NCBI GenBank assembly: GCA_039935655.1
Contig: JBDTJX010000094.1
Location: 5,975 to 69,974, forward strand
Origin: Candidatus Dormibacter sp.
Lineage (GTDB): Bacteria; Chloroflexota; Dormibacteria; Aeolococcales; Aeolococcaceae
Length of the DNA stretch: 64,000 nucleotides
Reading direction: 5' to 3'
The stretch's first letter is position 1. Every line of letters begins with the position of its first letter. The notes below the pieces were generated by a model. That model saw only the letters and a program-made list of their open reading frames with translations. It was not told where the DNA came from and did no database searches. Below, piece after piece: positions 19,837 to 27,736 of the stretch. Position numbers and translations under genes: made by a program.

Positions 19837-20461
19837 AGGCGTAGAACTCCCGGCGCTGGTCCGCATCCGCCTGCTTGCTCAGCGTCTCGCCGCGTCGCCG
19901 TGCCTCGATCCACGGCGGCGTGCCCGTGGCCACGACACTGTCGTCCAGACGCACGAGCACGATCGAGTCGTCGTCCTCCTCGACGCTGAGCGAGATGCGC
20001 AGGCGCACTCCCGATGGAGATGCGAGCTTCCAGCTCATGCTCCACTGCCGCGCGCCCGCCTCGTCGCGCGAGACGGCGACCTCGTGGTCGCGCAGCAGGT
20101 GGTCACGTTCGCTGCTGAGACTCTCGAGCAGGTTGGTGAGTGTCGGGTCGAGATCGCGGTACAGCCAGCGCACCAGGGACGCGCCCCGGTAGCCGACATC
20201 GGGGAGGGCACGCGGGTTGTTCGCCTTGCTCCCCAGCGCCCCGATGGTCCCGGCATGGCGGCGGCAGTAGCGCGATCCGCCGACGGTGGTGCCGTGCTCG
20301 GAGCACCAGTGGGTGCGGCAGGCGCGCCCGCGGCTGTCCACGTATGCGCAGGCCTCGAGCGGCTGGGCGCGGCAGTCGGGTTCGCCACACCGGGTCACCA
20401 CGGGGGTCGACGGCGCGTCGGCGAGCGGGTCGCCGATTGGCGACTTGCCGCGTGGAGGCAT
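19793..20461 (-). CDS. Cys/His-rich (predicted two-zinc) protein of unknown function, paralog A
   Basis: The likely start is the ATG at 20461 (MPPRGKSP...). It carries the motif C-x4-C-x7-C-x9-C-x4-C-x2-H-x9-C-x2-H. It is clearly homologous along its length to the protein at 25865-26743. It is divergent from lexA. Confidence 0.6.
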   Translation of the reverse strand: MPPRGKSPIGDPLADAPSTPVVTRCGEPDCRAQPLEACAYVDSRGRACRTHWCSEHGTTVGGSRYCRRHAGTIGALGSKANNPRALPDVGYRGASLVRWLYRDLDPTLTNLLESLSSERDHLLRDHEVAVSRDEAGARQWSMSWKLASPSGVRLRISLSVEEDDDSIVLVRLDDSVVATGTPPWIEARRRGETLSKQADADQRREFYAFIVDFLAQAVREKA

Positions 20462-20626
20462 GGTTGTGGCGATCCCCTGTGTACCCCTTGCCGGCGGCGG
20501 TGGGGCGACTGTCCCCGATGCTAGGGCGCACTCAACGCGGCCGCATGATGGCCCGGGCACGGCTCGTTGACGGCTGTGCCAAGAGACCTTGGTGATTGAA
20601 GCAATGGCGCCCTTCCCGGCTGATGG

Positions 20627-20638
20627 GAACATCCGTTT
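20627..20638. promoter_or_regulatory. candidate LexA SOS box (GAAC-ATCC-GTTT) upstream of lexA
   Basis: GGAACATCCGTTTG lies about 60 nt upstream of the lexA ATG, which fits autoregulation. It has the same ATCC spacer as the recA box. Confidence 0.6.
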
Positions 20639-20695
20639 GCGCTATCGACGAATCCGTGGTACATTGCGGCCGCCAAAGATGGCCTGGAGGTTGAT

Positions 20696-21337
20696 ATGAC
20701 AGAGCAGGTCGAGGGGCGCCAGCGCCAGATCCTCGAGTTCCTTCGCACCCACGCCAGCCAGCACTCCTATCCGCCGACGGTCAGGGAGATCGGCCAGGCC
20801 GTGGGCCTGAGCTCGTCGTCGACAGTGCAGAACCACCTCAACGCGCTCGAGACCAAGGGACTCATCCGCCGCGACCCGACCAAGTCGCGAACGGTCGAGG
20901 TGGTCGGCGCCGAGCAGTCTGCGCCGCGGTTCGCCAGCAACGTGCTGCGTCTGCCCCTGGTGGGGCGGGTGGCTGCTGGCACCCCCGTGCTGGCCGAGGA
21001 GAACGTCGAGGACCACATCACCGTCGGGCCGGAGATCGCGGGTGGCGACGACGCTTACGCCCTGACCGTCCACGGTGACAGCATGATCGGGGCGGGGATC
21101 AACGACGGTGACATCGTGCTCGTTCGGCCGCGCCGCGACGCGCCGGCAAACGGAACCATCGTGGTGGCACGGATCGAGAACGAGACGACCGGCGAGGGTG
21201 AGGTAACTGTCAAGCGCTTTTTCCGCGAGGGCGGGCGCGTGCGCCTGCAGCCCGAGAACCCTGACCTTGAGCCGATCTACCCTGGTGAGCTCGCCATCGA
21301 GGGAGTCGTCACCGCGGTCATCCGGGTGATCGGCTAA
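20696..21337 (+). CDS. lexA: LexA repressor
   Basis: It has an N-terminal wHTH (LEFLRTHASQHSYPPTVREIGQAVGLSSSSTVQNHL), an Ala-Gly cleavage region (RVAAGTPVLA) and the S24 Ser/Lys dyad (GDSM...VKR). A GGAGG RBS precedes the start. Confidence 0.95.
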   Translation: MTEQVEGRQRQILEFLRTHASQHSYPPTVREIGQAVGLSSSSTVQNHLNALETKGLIRRDPTKSRTVEVVGAEQSAPRFASNVLRLPLVGRVAAGTPVLAEENVEDHITVGPEIAGGDDAYALTVHGDSMIGAGINDGDIVLVRPRRDAPANGTIVVARIENETTGEGEVTVKRFFREGGRVRLQPENPDLEPIYPGELAIEGVVTAVIRVIG

Positions 21338-21798
21338 CCGGTCGACGCCACCGCCGCACCGGCGTCCTCCTCCTCCTGCGGTGGAGGAGCGTCGGGCAGG
21401 GCACCCACGAAGGCGTCCACCGCGGCAGCCAGCTCAGACGATGCCTCGCCGTGCACGGTCACGCGCGTGCTGCCGTCGTCGTCGATCACCGCGCTGACCG
21501 CCAGGGTGGGGCGGTGGTCGAAGAGCAGCGGCAGGGCGGGCACCACGGCCAGCGGCAGCAGGACGATCAGCACAGGGGTCAGGGCGGTGGCGATGAGCAC
21601 CGCCAGGACGATGACGATCGCCGCCCCGACGGCGAGGTCCGAGCCGTAGCGGTAGCGCTTGCGAGGACGCAGGACCAGGTAGTGGGTGCCCCGTTCGGCC
21701 ACGGCGATGCCGGGCAGCGGGCGGGCGGCCACCTCGTCGAGCACATCGCCCGGCGCTCGGCTGGTGCGGAGTGAGAATTGATAGGGGTTGCTGGGCAT
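21334..21798 (-). CDS. hypothetical membrane protein (154 aa)
   Basis: The start is the ATG at 21798 (MPSNPYQF...). It has two adjacent hydrophobic helices, an acidic C-terminus and high GC3. The rest of the 421-aa ORF upstream overlaps the CtaG-like gene and is Arg-rich shadow sequence. Confidence 0.5.
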   Translation of the reverse strand: MPSNPYQFSLRTSRAPGDVLDEVAARPLPGIAVAERGTHYLVLRPRKRYRYGSDLAVGAAIVIVLAVLIATALTPVLIVLLPLAVVPALPLLFDHRPTLAVSAVIDDDGSTRVTVHGEASSELAAAVDAFVGALPDAPPPQEEEDAGAAVASTG

Positions 21799-21906
21799 GT
21801 CTGAACGCGATCCCCGCCTCCGCGTGCGCATGTGAATCGACCGCATCGCTTGTATACCGCTTCGGTGAGGGGTTGCGCAGCACGGGCAACGCCGGGCGCC
21901 GTGGGT

Positions 21907-22878
21907 ATGGCTTCCCGGGGACGGCTGCGGTACGGTGTCACCGTGCTGCCCTCCCTGTGGACGGTGCCGACCGACCCTCTCCTGCTTTCCGGCTTCGCAG
22001 CGACAGCAGCGGTGGTCCTCACCTCCGCTCGCCGTCCGCACCGGGGTCGCGGGCGGTGGCGGCGGTCGCTCGGTTGGATTGCCCTGCTGCTGCTGGCCAT
22101 CGCCTGGGTGTCGCCACTGCAGACGCTGGCGGCGCACTACCTGCTGACCGCGCACCTCTTGCAGATCACGCTCGTGATGGGCGTGATCCCACCACTCATC
22201 CTGCTTGCTCTGCCCGACCGATCGCCGCTTGTGCTGCCGCCCGTCATACGTCGCGCCGCACGAGCGTTGGTGCACCCGGCCAGCGGGATGATCGCGATCA
22301 ACGCGGCGTTCTTCACCTGGCATGTCGGCCCGGTGTACGACGCCTCGCTGCGCATGCCTGAGCTCTATGGCGTCCAGCAACTCACCCTCCTGCTGGCGTC
22401 GCTGCTGTTCTGGTGGCCCATCGTCGCGCCGCTCGGTGGCCGGCGCGTGCTCAGCCAGTGGGGGACGCTCGGCTACATCCTTGTGGCCACCATCCCGCAG
22501 ACATTCGGCGGCATCACGGTCGCGCTCGCCAAGCATCCGCTGTACCCGACGTATGCTGCCGCGCCACGGGTGCTCGGTCTGGGGGTGATGACCGACCAAC
22601 AGATCTCGGGGGCGTGCATCGCGCTGGTGAGCAAGCTGGCCCTGTTCACCGCCTTCGCGATCATCTTCACGAGCATGCTCAACGAGAGCAGCACCGACGG
22701 CGACGACGACGGCGGTGGTGGCGGCTGGCGAGGCCCGGGCGCAGACATTCCGAGTCCGCGGCCGTCAGGTTCGGTCCCGTGGCTCGCCGAGCTCAATGCG
22801 GGGCGGACGGTGCCCGAACCCGCGGTGTCGCGCGGACGGATCAGGGTGCCGGCAGGAGCAGGACCTCGCCGGGAGTGA
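21907..22878 (+). CDS. cytochrome c oxidase assembly factor CtaG-like (Caa3_CtaG family) membrane protein
   Basis: It has multiple TM helices and HYLLTAHLLQITLVMGVIPPLILLALP...FFTWHVGP...LLFWWPIV. The start is uncertain (21832, 21907 or 21937). It has an Asp/Gly-rich C-terminal tail. Confidence 0.72.
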   Translation: MASRGRLRYGVTVLPSLWTVPTDPLLLSGFAATAAVVLTSARRPHRGRGRWRRSLGWIALLLLAIAWVSPLQTLAAHYLLTAHLLQITLVMGVIPPLILLALPDRSPLVLPPVIRRAARALVHPASGMIAINAAFFTWHVGPVYDASLRMPELYGVQQLTLLLASLLFWWPIVAPLGGRRVLSQWGTLGYILVATIPQTFGGITVALAKHPLYPTYAAAPRVLGLGVMTDQQISGACIALVSKLALFTAFAIIFTSMLNESSTDGDDDGGGGGWRGPGADIPSPRPSGSVPWLAELNAGRTVPEPAVSRGRIRVPAGAGPRRE

Positions 22879-23161
22879 TCGAACCACCACTGACGTGGTT
22901 GAGCGCGATGATCTGGTCAACGTGGTCGCGCACGTCGCCACTCTGGTAATAGCGCGAGGCGATGCCCCAGATGCTGTCGCCGGCGTGCACCTGCACGTGG
23001 CCGGGCTGGGCGACGTTGAGAGCGCCATAGACGTTGCCGCCCAGGAGGACTGAGCAGGCAACCGCTGTGACCGCGCCGGCGACGACCACTCGCGGATCGC
23101 GCTGCCAGCGGCGCCGTCTCGGGCGGCGCACTGCAGCGCTGTAGTCACTGATCATCACCAT
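22841..23161 (-). CDS. small membrane-anchored LysM-domain protein (YneA/ChiZ-like SOS cell-division-inhibitor candidate)
   Basis: 106 aa. It has an Arg-rich N-terminus, one TM helix (VVVAGAVTAVACSVLLGG) and a LysM domain (VQVHAGDSIWGIASRYY...IIALNHV...PGEVLLLP). Two SOS boxes lie immediately upstream. Confidence 0.78.
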   Translation of the reverse strand: MVMISDYSAAVRRPRRRRWQRDPRVVVAGAVTAVACSVLLGGNVYGALNVAQPGHVQVHAGDSIWGIASRYYQSGDVRDHVDQIIALNHVSGGSITPGEVLLLPAP

Positions 23162-23168
23162 TCACCCC

Positions 23169-23180
23169 AAACAGACGTTC
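23169..23180. promoter_or_regulatory. candidate LexA SOS box (AAAC-AGAC-GTTC), proximal to the LysM gene start
   Basis: It lies 8 nt upstream of the LysM ATG (23161). It has one mismatch to GAAC-N4-GTTC. Confidence 0.45.
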
Positions 23181-23201
23181 CCACGGCGCCACGGTACCAT
23201 C

Positions 23202-23213
23202 GAACAACTGTTC
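23202..23213. promoter_or_regulatory. candidate LexA SOS box (GAAC-AACT-GTTC) between the LysM gene and the Nudix gene
   Basis: TCGAACAACTGTTCG has perfect GAAC/GTTC arms. It sits in the 81-nt divergent intergenic region. Confidence 0.6.
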
Positions 23214-23242
23214 GTGTCAAGCCGGGGCGGATAATCCGCCGG

Positions 23243-23695
23243 GTGAGTGAGCCCCGGGTGCGCGTCCGCGTGGCCGTGTGCCTGGTCGACGGCGACCGGA
23301 TCCTGGTGGCTGAGCACTTCACCCGCGGTCATCGCCACTGGTTGCTGCCGGGTGGGGGAGTCGAGCCCGGTGAGACGCTCATGGAGGCCGTGGCCAGGGA
23401 GTTGCTGGAGGAGACCGGCCTGCTCGTCGACGTCGGCCGTCTGATCATCGTTTGCGAGGCCATCGAGCCCGGCGGCCGGCATCTGCTCAACCTCGTCTTC
23501 GCCGCCACCACCGCGGGCGGCGAGCTCCGCGTCGGACGCGACGGCGTGCTCGAGGATGTCGCCTGGCGGGAGCGGGACGAGCTCGCCGGCCTCGACATGC
23601 ACCCCCCGATCGCAGACGGCGTCCTGGCCTGCTGGGCCGAGGGTTTCAGCGGCGAGGTGCGTGTGCTCGGCAACATTTGGCGCCCGGAGCACTGA
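23243..23695 (+). CDS. NUDIX hydrolase
   Basis: It carries the Nudix box GGGVEPGETLMEAVARELLEETGL. Confidence 0.88.
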   Translation: MSEPRVRVRVAVCLVDGDRILVAEHFTRGHRHWLLPGGGVEPGETLMEAVARELLEETGLLVDVGRLIIVCEAIEPGGRHLLNLVFAATTAGGELRVGRDGVLEDVAWRERDELAGLDMHPPIADGVLACWAEGFSGEVRVLGNIWRPEH

Positions 23696-23742
23696 GCCCC
23701 GGGACCGCGGCCGGGGGGTGCCGACCCGATAGCATCGTCGGG

Positions 23743-24672
23743 GTGGGCGACGTGATCCTCGACCTCGATGGGCCGGTCCACGCCATGGACCACGGCGGTG
23801 ACGGACCGCCCATGCTGCTGGTCCACGGGCTCGGCGGGTCCCTGCTCGACTGGCGCGACGTCGCCCCCTCGCTGGCGCGTCACCACCGGGTCTGGTCGAT
23901 CGACCTTGTCGGCTTCGGCCGCACCCCCATCGAGAACCGCCACGCCACCATCGCCGCCAACCAGCGCGTCGTCGACGCCGCAGTGCGGCACATCGGCCAT
24001 GGGGAAGCCGTTCTGCTCATGGGGAACTCCATGGGCGGCCTGATCAGCATCGTCGAGGCGTCGCGGCGCCCGGACCTCATCGCCCGCCTGGTGCTGGTCG
24101 ACCCGGCCCTGCCGCGCACGCGCGGTGGTCGCCTCGCCGCGATGATCGCGGCGGCATTCCTGGTGCTGGCCATGCCCGGGATGGGCCAGTGGTTGACAGC
24201 GAACCACAGCAGGCGCCGGGGCGCCGAGCGGCTCGTCGATGATGTGCTCAAGCTCTGCACTGTCGACGTCTCCCGCGTCAACCCCGAGACACGCGACGCC
24301 CAGGTGGAGCTGACCAGGTGGCGAGCCGAGCTCGACGACCCCCACCGGGCGTTCGTCGAAGCCTCGCGCTCGCTGACCAAGTGGCTGCTCCGCCGCCAGA
24401 CGATCCAGGCTCACATCCGCGACGTGCGGGCGCCGACGCTGCTCATCCACGGCGACAGCGACCGCCTGGTCAGCGTCTCCGCGGCGGGGTGGGCCGCCTC
24501 GCTGCGGCCGGACTGGAGCTTCCGGGTCCTGTCAGACACCGGCCACGTGCCGCAGCTCGAACGACCCCGGGAGTTCGTACGCCTGGTCGACAGCTGGCTC
24601 GAGGAACGCGGGCTTGCCGTGGGGAACCCGGCTCAGCCGGCCGAGCCCGCCGCGTCGACCTCGCGAAGGTAG
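23743..24672 (+). CDS. alpha/beta-fold hydrolase
   Basis: It has HGLGGS (oxyanion), the nucleophile elbow GNSMGG and a C-terminal DTGHVPQLERP. The GTG at 23743 is the likely start; the ORF part upstream is Arg-rich. Confidence 0.85.
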   Translation: MGDVILDLDGPVHAMDHGGDGPPMLLVHGLGGSLLDWRDVAPSLARHHRVWSIDLVGFGRTPIENRHATIAANQRVVDAAVRHIGHGEAVLLMGNSMGGLISIVEASRRPDLIARLVLVDPALPRTRGGRLAAMIAAAFLVLAMPGMGQWLTANHSRRRGAERLVDDVLKLCTVDVSRVNPETRDAQVELTRWRAELDDPHRAFVEASRSLTKWLLRRQTIQAHIRDVRAPTLLIHGDSDRLVSVSAAGWAASLRPDWSFRVLSDTGHVPQLERPREFVRLVDSWLEERGLAVGNPAQPAEPAASTSRR

Positions 24673-25760
24673 TCCCCAAGGCGCTGGTAGGCAGCGCGCT
24701 TGCGCCTGTCGGTGATCTCGGTGTAGACACGCAGCGTTTCGAGGGTGGCGTGGCCGAGCACCTCCTGCACCAGCCGGACGTCGCCGTCGGTGGCCTCGAG
24801 CAGGGTGGTGGCCGCCGTGTGGCGCGCTGCGTGCGGGGTGCGCAGGTCGTCAATGAGCGCGAACAGCGCCGGGTCTGCGCTGAACCGGCGGCGCAGCGCG
24901 CGCAGCGCGTGCCGGGCACCGTCCGTGGTCAGCCGGTTGTGGGGGAGGGCGCGACCCTTGGGCATGTCGGCGCGGGCGACACTGATGAAGAGCGCCGGCG
25001 CGGGGTCCGGTCCGCGTTCACGCAGGTAGTCCTGCACAGCGCAGTGCGCGTCCTCGGTGAGGTACACGGTGCGGTGCTTGCCGCCCTTGCCGAGCACCCG
25101 GAAGCCCTCGGGGCGGACGTCGCCGCGATCCAGCGCGCACGCCTCGGCGACGCGGCATCCGGTGCTCACCAGCAGGTGGATGAGGGCGCGGTCGCGCAGG
25201 TCACGCAGCGACTCGGTGGGCAGCGCCGCGAGCAGCCGGGGCACCGTTTGGGTGGCCACCGGGTGGGGATCGCCGACGACGTAGCGCGGGACACTCACCT
25301 GCCGGCTCAACTCGCCGCCACTCCAGCCCTCGTCGTAGGCGTAGGACAGGAACCGGCGCAGCGCGACAAGGGCGCGCGCCCGCGTCCGCGGGTTGGGCAG
25401 CACGTCGGCAAGCTCGATCTGGTAGCGGCGCAGTGCTCCGCGGTCGACGGCCGCGGTGAAGTCGTCCGCCAGCGGCCGGCGGCGCATGAAGGCGACGAAC
25501 TTGGCGAGGTCCTGGCGATAGGCCCGCACCGTGGTGAGCGGGCGATTGCGCTGGATACGCAGCCAGTCGAGGAACTGCTGGACCTGGTCGGGGAGGGCAT
25601 CGGACGGCCCGGGGATCTCTGCCGCCCACCCCGGCATGCGGACAGTCCCGGGCGCGTTGGGCCGGCGGCGGGTGGAGGAGGCGCCCATCTCAGCATTATC
25701 AGGAGCTTGAAAGATCTGTGGGGCGGCCTGGCGGGCCCCCAGTCGTTGCATGTTGACCAC
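24633..25760 (-). CDS. tyrosine-type site-specific recombinase (XerC/XerD/integrase family)
   Basis: It has an N-terminal SAM-like domain (VQQFLDWLRIQRNRPLTTVRAYRQDLAKF). The catalytic region has R...HAARHTAAT...LGHATLETLRVYTE. The start is uncertain because several in-frame Met codons are present. Confidence 0.88.
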   Translation of the reverse strand: MVNMQRLGARQAAPQIFQAPDNAEMGASSTRRRPNAPGTVRMPGWAAEIPGPSDALPDQVQQFLDWLRIQRNRPLTTVRAYRQDLAKFVAFMRRRPLADDFTAAVDRGALRRYQIELADVLPNPRTRARALVALRRFLSYAYDEGWSGGELSRQVSVPRYVVGDPHPVATQTVPRLLAALPTESLRDLRDRALIHLLVSTGCRVAEACALDRGDVRPEGFRVLGKGGKHRTVYLTEDAHCAVQDYLRERGPDPAPALFISVARADMPKGRALPHNRLTTDGARHALRALRRRFSADPALFALIDDLRTPHAARHTAATTLLEATDGDVRLVQEVLGHATLETLRVYTEITDRRKRAAYQRLGDYLREVDAAGSAG

Positions 25761-25864
25761 AGGTTTGTCACCGGCCCCACCGGTTTCTCGGAACTGCGCC
25801 TCCTACGCTGTGACGCGGTTGCAACGTTTGAGCGCACGAGAAGCGGGTACGGGACGGAGGAATC

Positions 25865-26743
25865 ATGACGCGACAGTCGAAGCCACACCAGGCCGCCGCG
25901 GACACCGACCCCGACCTCGCCGATCCACCGAGCGCCCACGCCGCCGTCGGCACCCAACAGTGCCGCGGCATGGGTTGCGCGGCCCGCACCGGTCTGCCGT
26001 GTGCCTACGTCGATCGTCGGGGCCGCGCCTGTCCGACGGCATGGTGCCCCAGCCACCGCACCGTTTTCGAGAACGCGATCTATTGCTCGCTCCACGGCGC
26101 CACGCTCAGCAGCATGCGCTCGGAGTACACCGACTCCGTGCATCCCGACCTCGAGAATCCCCTCCCAGCGCTGATCGCCTGGGTCTCGCGGGCGGCGGAG
26201 GACGACATCGTCGACATCCTCCAGGGCATCTGTCGCGACAGGGCCGAGGTTCTGGTCAGCGACCCGGTGCGAATGGTGCTCCTGGGAACTCGTCGCCAGC
26301 CGACATGGGAACGCGCCTGGAAGACCGCTTCTTCAGTGGGCGTCGGCGCCCGGGTGGCGATCGCGGTGGAGGAGGCGCAACCGCGCGAGGTGCTGATCAA
26401 GGTGAACTCGCAGGTCATCGCACGGGTCACCGCGCCCGAGGACGACGATCTCGCCGAGGAGCCGACACAGGAGGTCGTCGAACTTCTGGTCCGCCAGCTG
26501 GTGCTGCTGATCACCATGTACCTCAACCAGTGGCAGGAAGAAAGCGCGGCGGAGGCGATGGAAGAGGCCAAGGTCCAAGCAGCGGCGAAGGCACACGCAG
26601 AGGCAGAGGCCAGGGCGGAGGCGGAGGCCGACGCGCAGGAGCAGGCGGACCGGCTGAGCGACGACACCATGCTCCTGGGTGAGCGGGCGCCGAACCAGAT
26701 CTCCGGTCGGGCGTCGACCCCGGCGCGGCACGAGGCAGGCTGA
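25865..26743 (+). CDS. Cys/His-rich (predicted two-zinc) protein of unknown function, paralog B, with an Ala/Glu-rich C-terminal tail
   Basis: It has the same C-x4-C-x7-C-x9-C-x4-C-x2-H-x9-C-x2-H motif and downstream conserved blocks as 19793-20461. It is divergent from the recombinase. Confidence 0.6.
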   Translation: MTRQSKPHQAAADTDPDLADPPSAHAAVGTQQCRGMGCAARTGLPCAYVDRRGRACPTAWCPSHRTVFENAIYCSLHGATLSSMRSEYTDSVHPDLENPLPALIAWVSRAAEDDIVDILQGICRDRAEVLVSDPVRMVLLGTRRQPTWERAWKTASSVGVGARVAIAVEEAQPREVLIKVNSQVIARVTAPEDDDLAEEPTQEVVELLVRQLVLLITMYLNQWQEESAAEAMEEAKVQAAAKAHAEAEARAEAEADAQEQADRLSDDTMLLGERAPNQISGRASTPARHEAG

Positions 26744-26799
26744 CGGCGTTGGCGGGGGACACTTGACACGTGACCAGATAGTCACGGATTGTCGGCGAC

Positions 26800-27120
26800 A
26801 TGACCGACGACGACCGTGTGTTCAAGGCGCTGGCTGACTCGACCCGTCGCCACCTGCTCGACCGACTCTTCGCGCGTGACGGCCGCACGCTCACCGAGCT
26901 CGAGTCGGAGCTGGAGATGACGAGGTTCGGGGTCATGAAGCACCTGCGCGTGCTTGAGGACGCGGGCCTCGTCGTGGCGCGGCGCTCGGGGCGGGAGAAG
27001 TTGCACTTCCTCAACCCGGTGCCGATTCGACTGATCCATGACCGGTGGATCGACAAGTACACCGAGCGCCAGGTGTCGGCGCTCGCGGACCTGAAGAAGC
27101 AGTTGGAGGACATGGCATGA
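26800..27120 (+). CDS. ArsR/SmtB-family transcriptional regulator
   Basis: The sequence FKALADSTRRHLLDRLFARDGRTLTELESELEMTRFGVMKHLRVLEDAGLV is an ArsR-family HTH. Confidence 0.88.
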   Translation: MTDDDRVFKALADSTRRHLLDRLFARDGRTLTELESELEMTRFGVMKHLRVLEDAGLVVARRSGREKLHFLNPVPIRLIHDRWIDKYTERQVSALADLKKQLEDMA

Positions 27121-27493
27121 CGACGACCGCTGCGCCCACGACGACCACCCAGGTCTACCGGGTTTACATCAAGGCGACGCCCCAGGCGATCTGGGACGCC
27201 ATCACGAAGCCGGAGTGGACGGACAAATACGGCTATGGGGGGCAAGCCCGGTTCGACCTTCGGCCGGGCGGCACATACATCCACCTGAGCACGGAGCCGG
27301 CAGGGGCGGGGTGAGCAAGCTCACGTTGATCCACGACCTCGAGGGCGCTCCGCAGCTGGCCCTGCTGGTTGGTGGCCAGATGGAAGACACCGGCGCCGGG
27401 GATGGCTGGAACTGGGTGCTTAGCGGTCTCAAGACGGTGCTCGAAACCGGAACGTCGCTCGACCGGCAGGGCACAAGCCCTGACCAGAGCTGA
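27117..27493 (+). pseudogene. SRPBCC/AHSA1-family gene with an internal deletion and frameshift
   Basis: The ATG at 27117 overlaps the ArsR stop. The N-terminal part (VYRVYIKATPQAIWDAITKPEWTDKYGYGG...) stops at 27312-27314. The C-terminal part (GVSKLTLIHDLEGAPQLALLVGG...GWNWVLSGLKTVLETG) continues in another frame. The middle of the domain is missing. Confidence 0.7.
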
Positions 27494-27736
27494 GGCGGAC
27501 GCGGTGGGGGCCCATGACGAGTGGGCCTCCGCCGTTTGCGCGGGCGGGTGGGAACAAGCCCTGGTCCGCCACCGGCGCTAGATCATGAGAATCTTCATTA
27601 TCAGTAGTTGGAAGCGCTCGCGGGAGGCGGCCCGGCTCGGCCTCCCCCTGTTCCCGGAGCACGCCAATCGGAACGCCACGACGACAGGTGAACCGTATGC
27701 TCCCTCTGCGCAGTCGGGCATCTCAGAGGAACCAGC

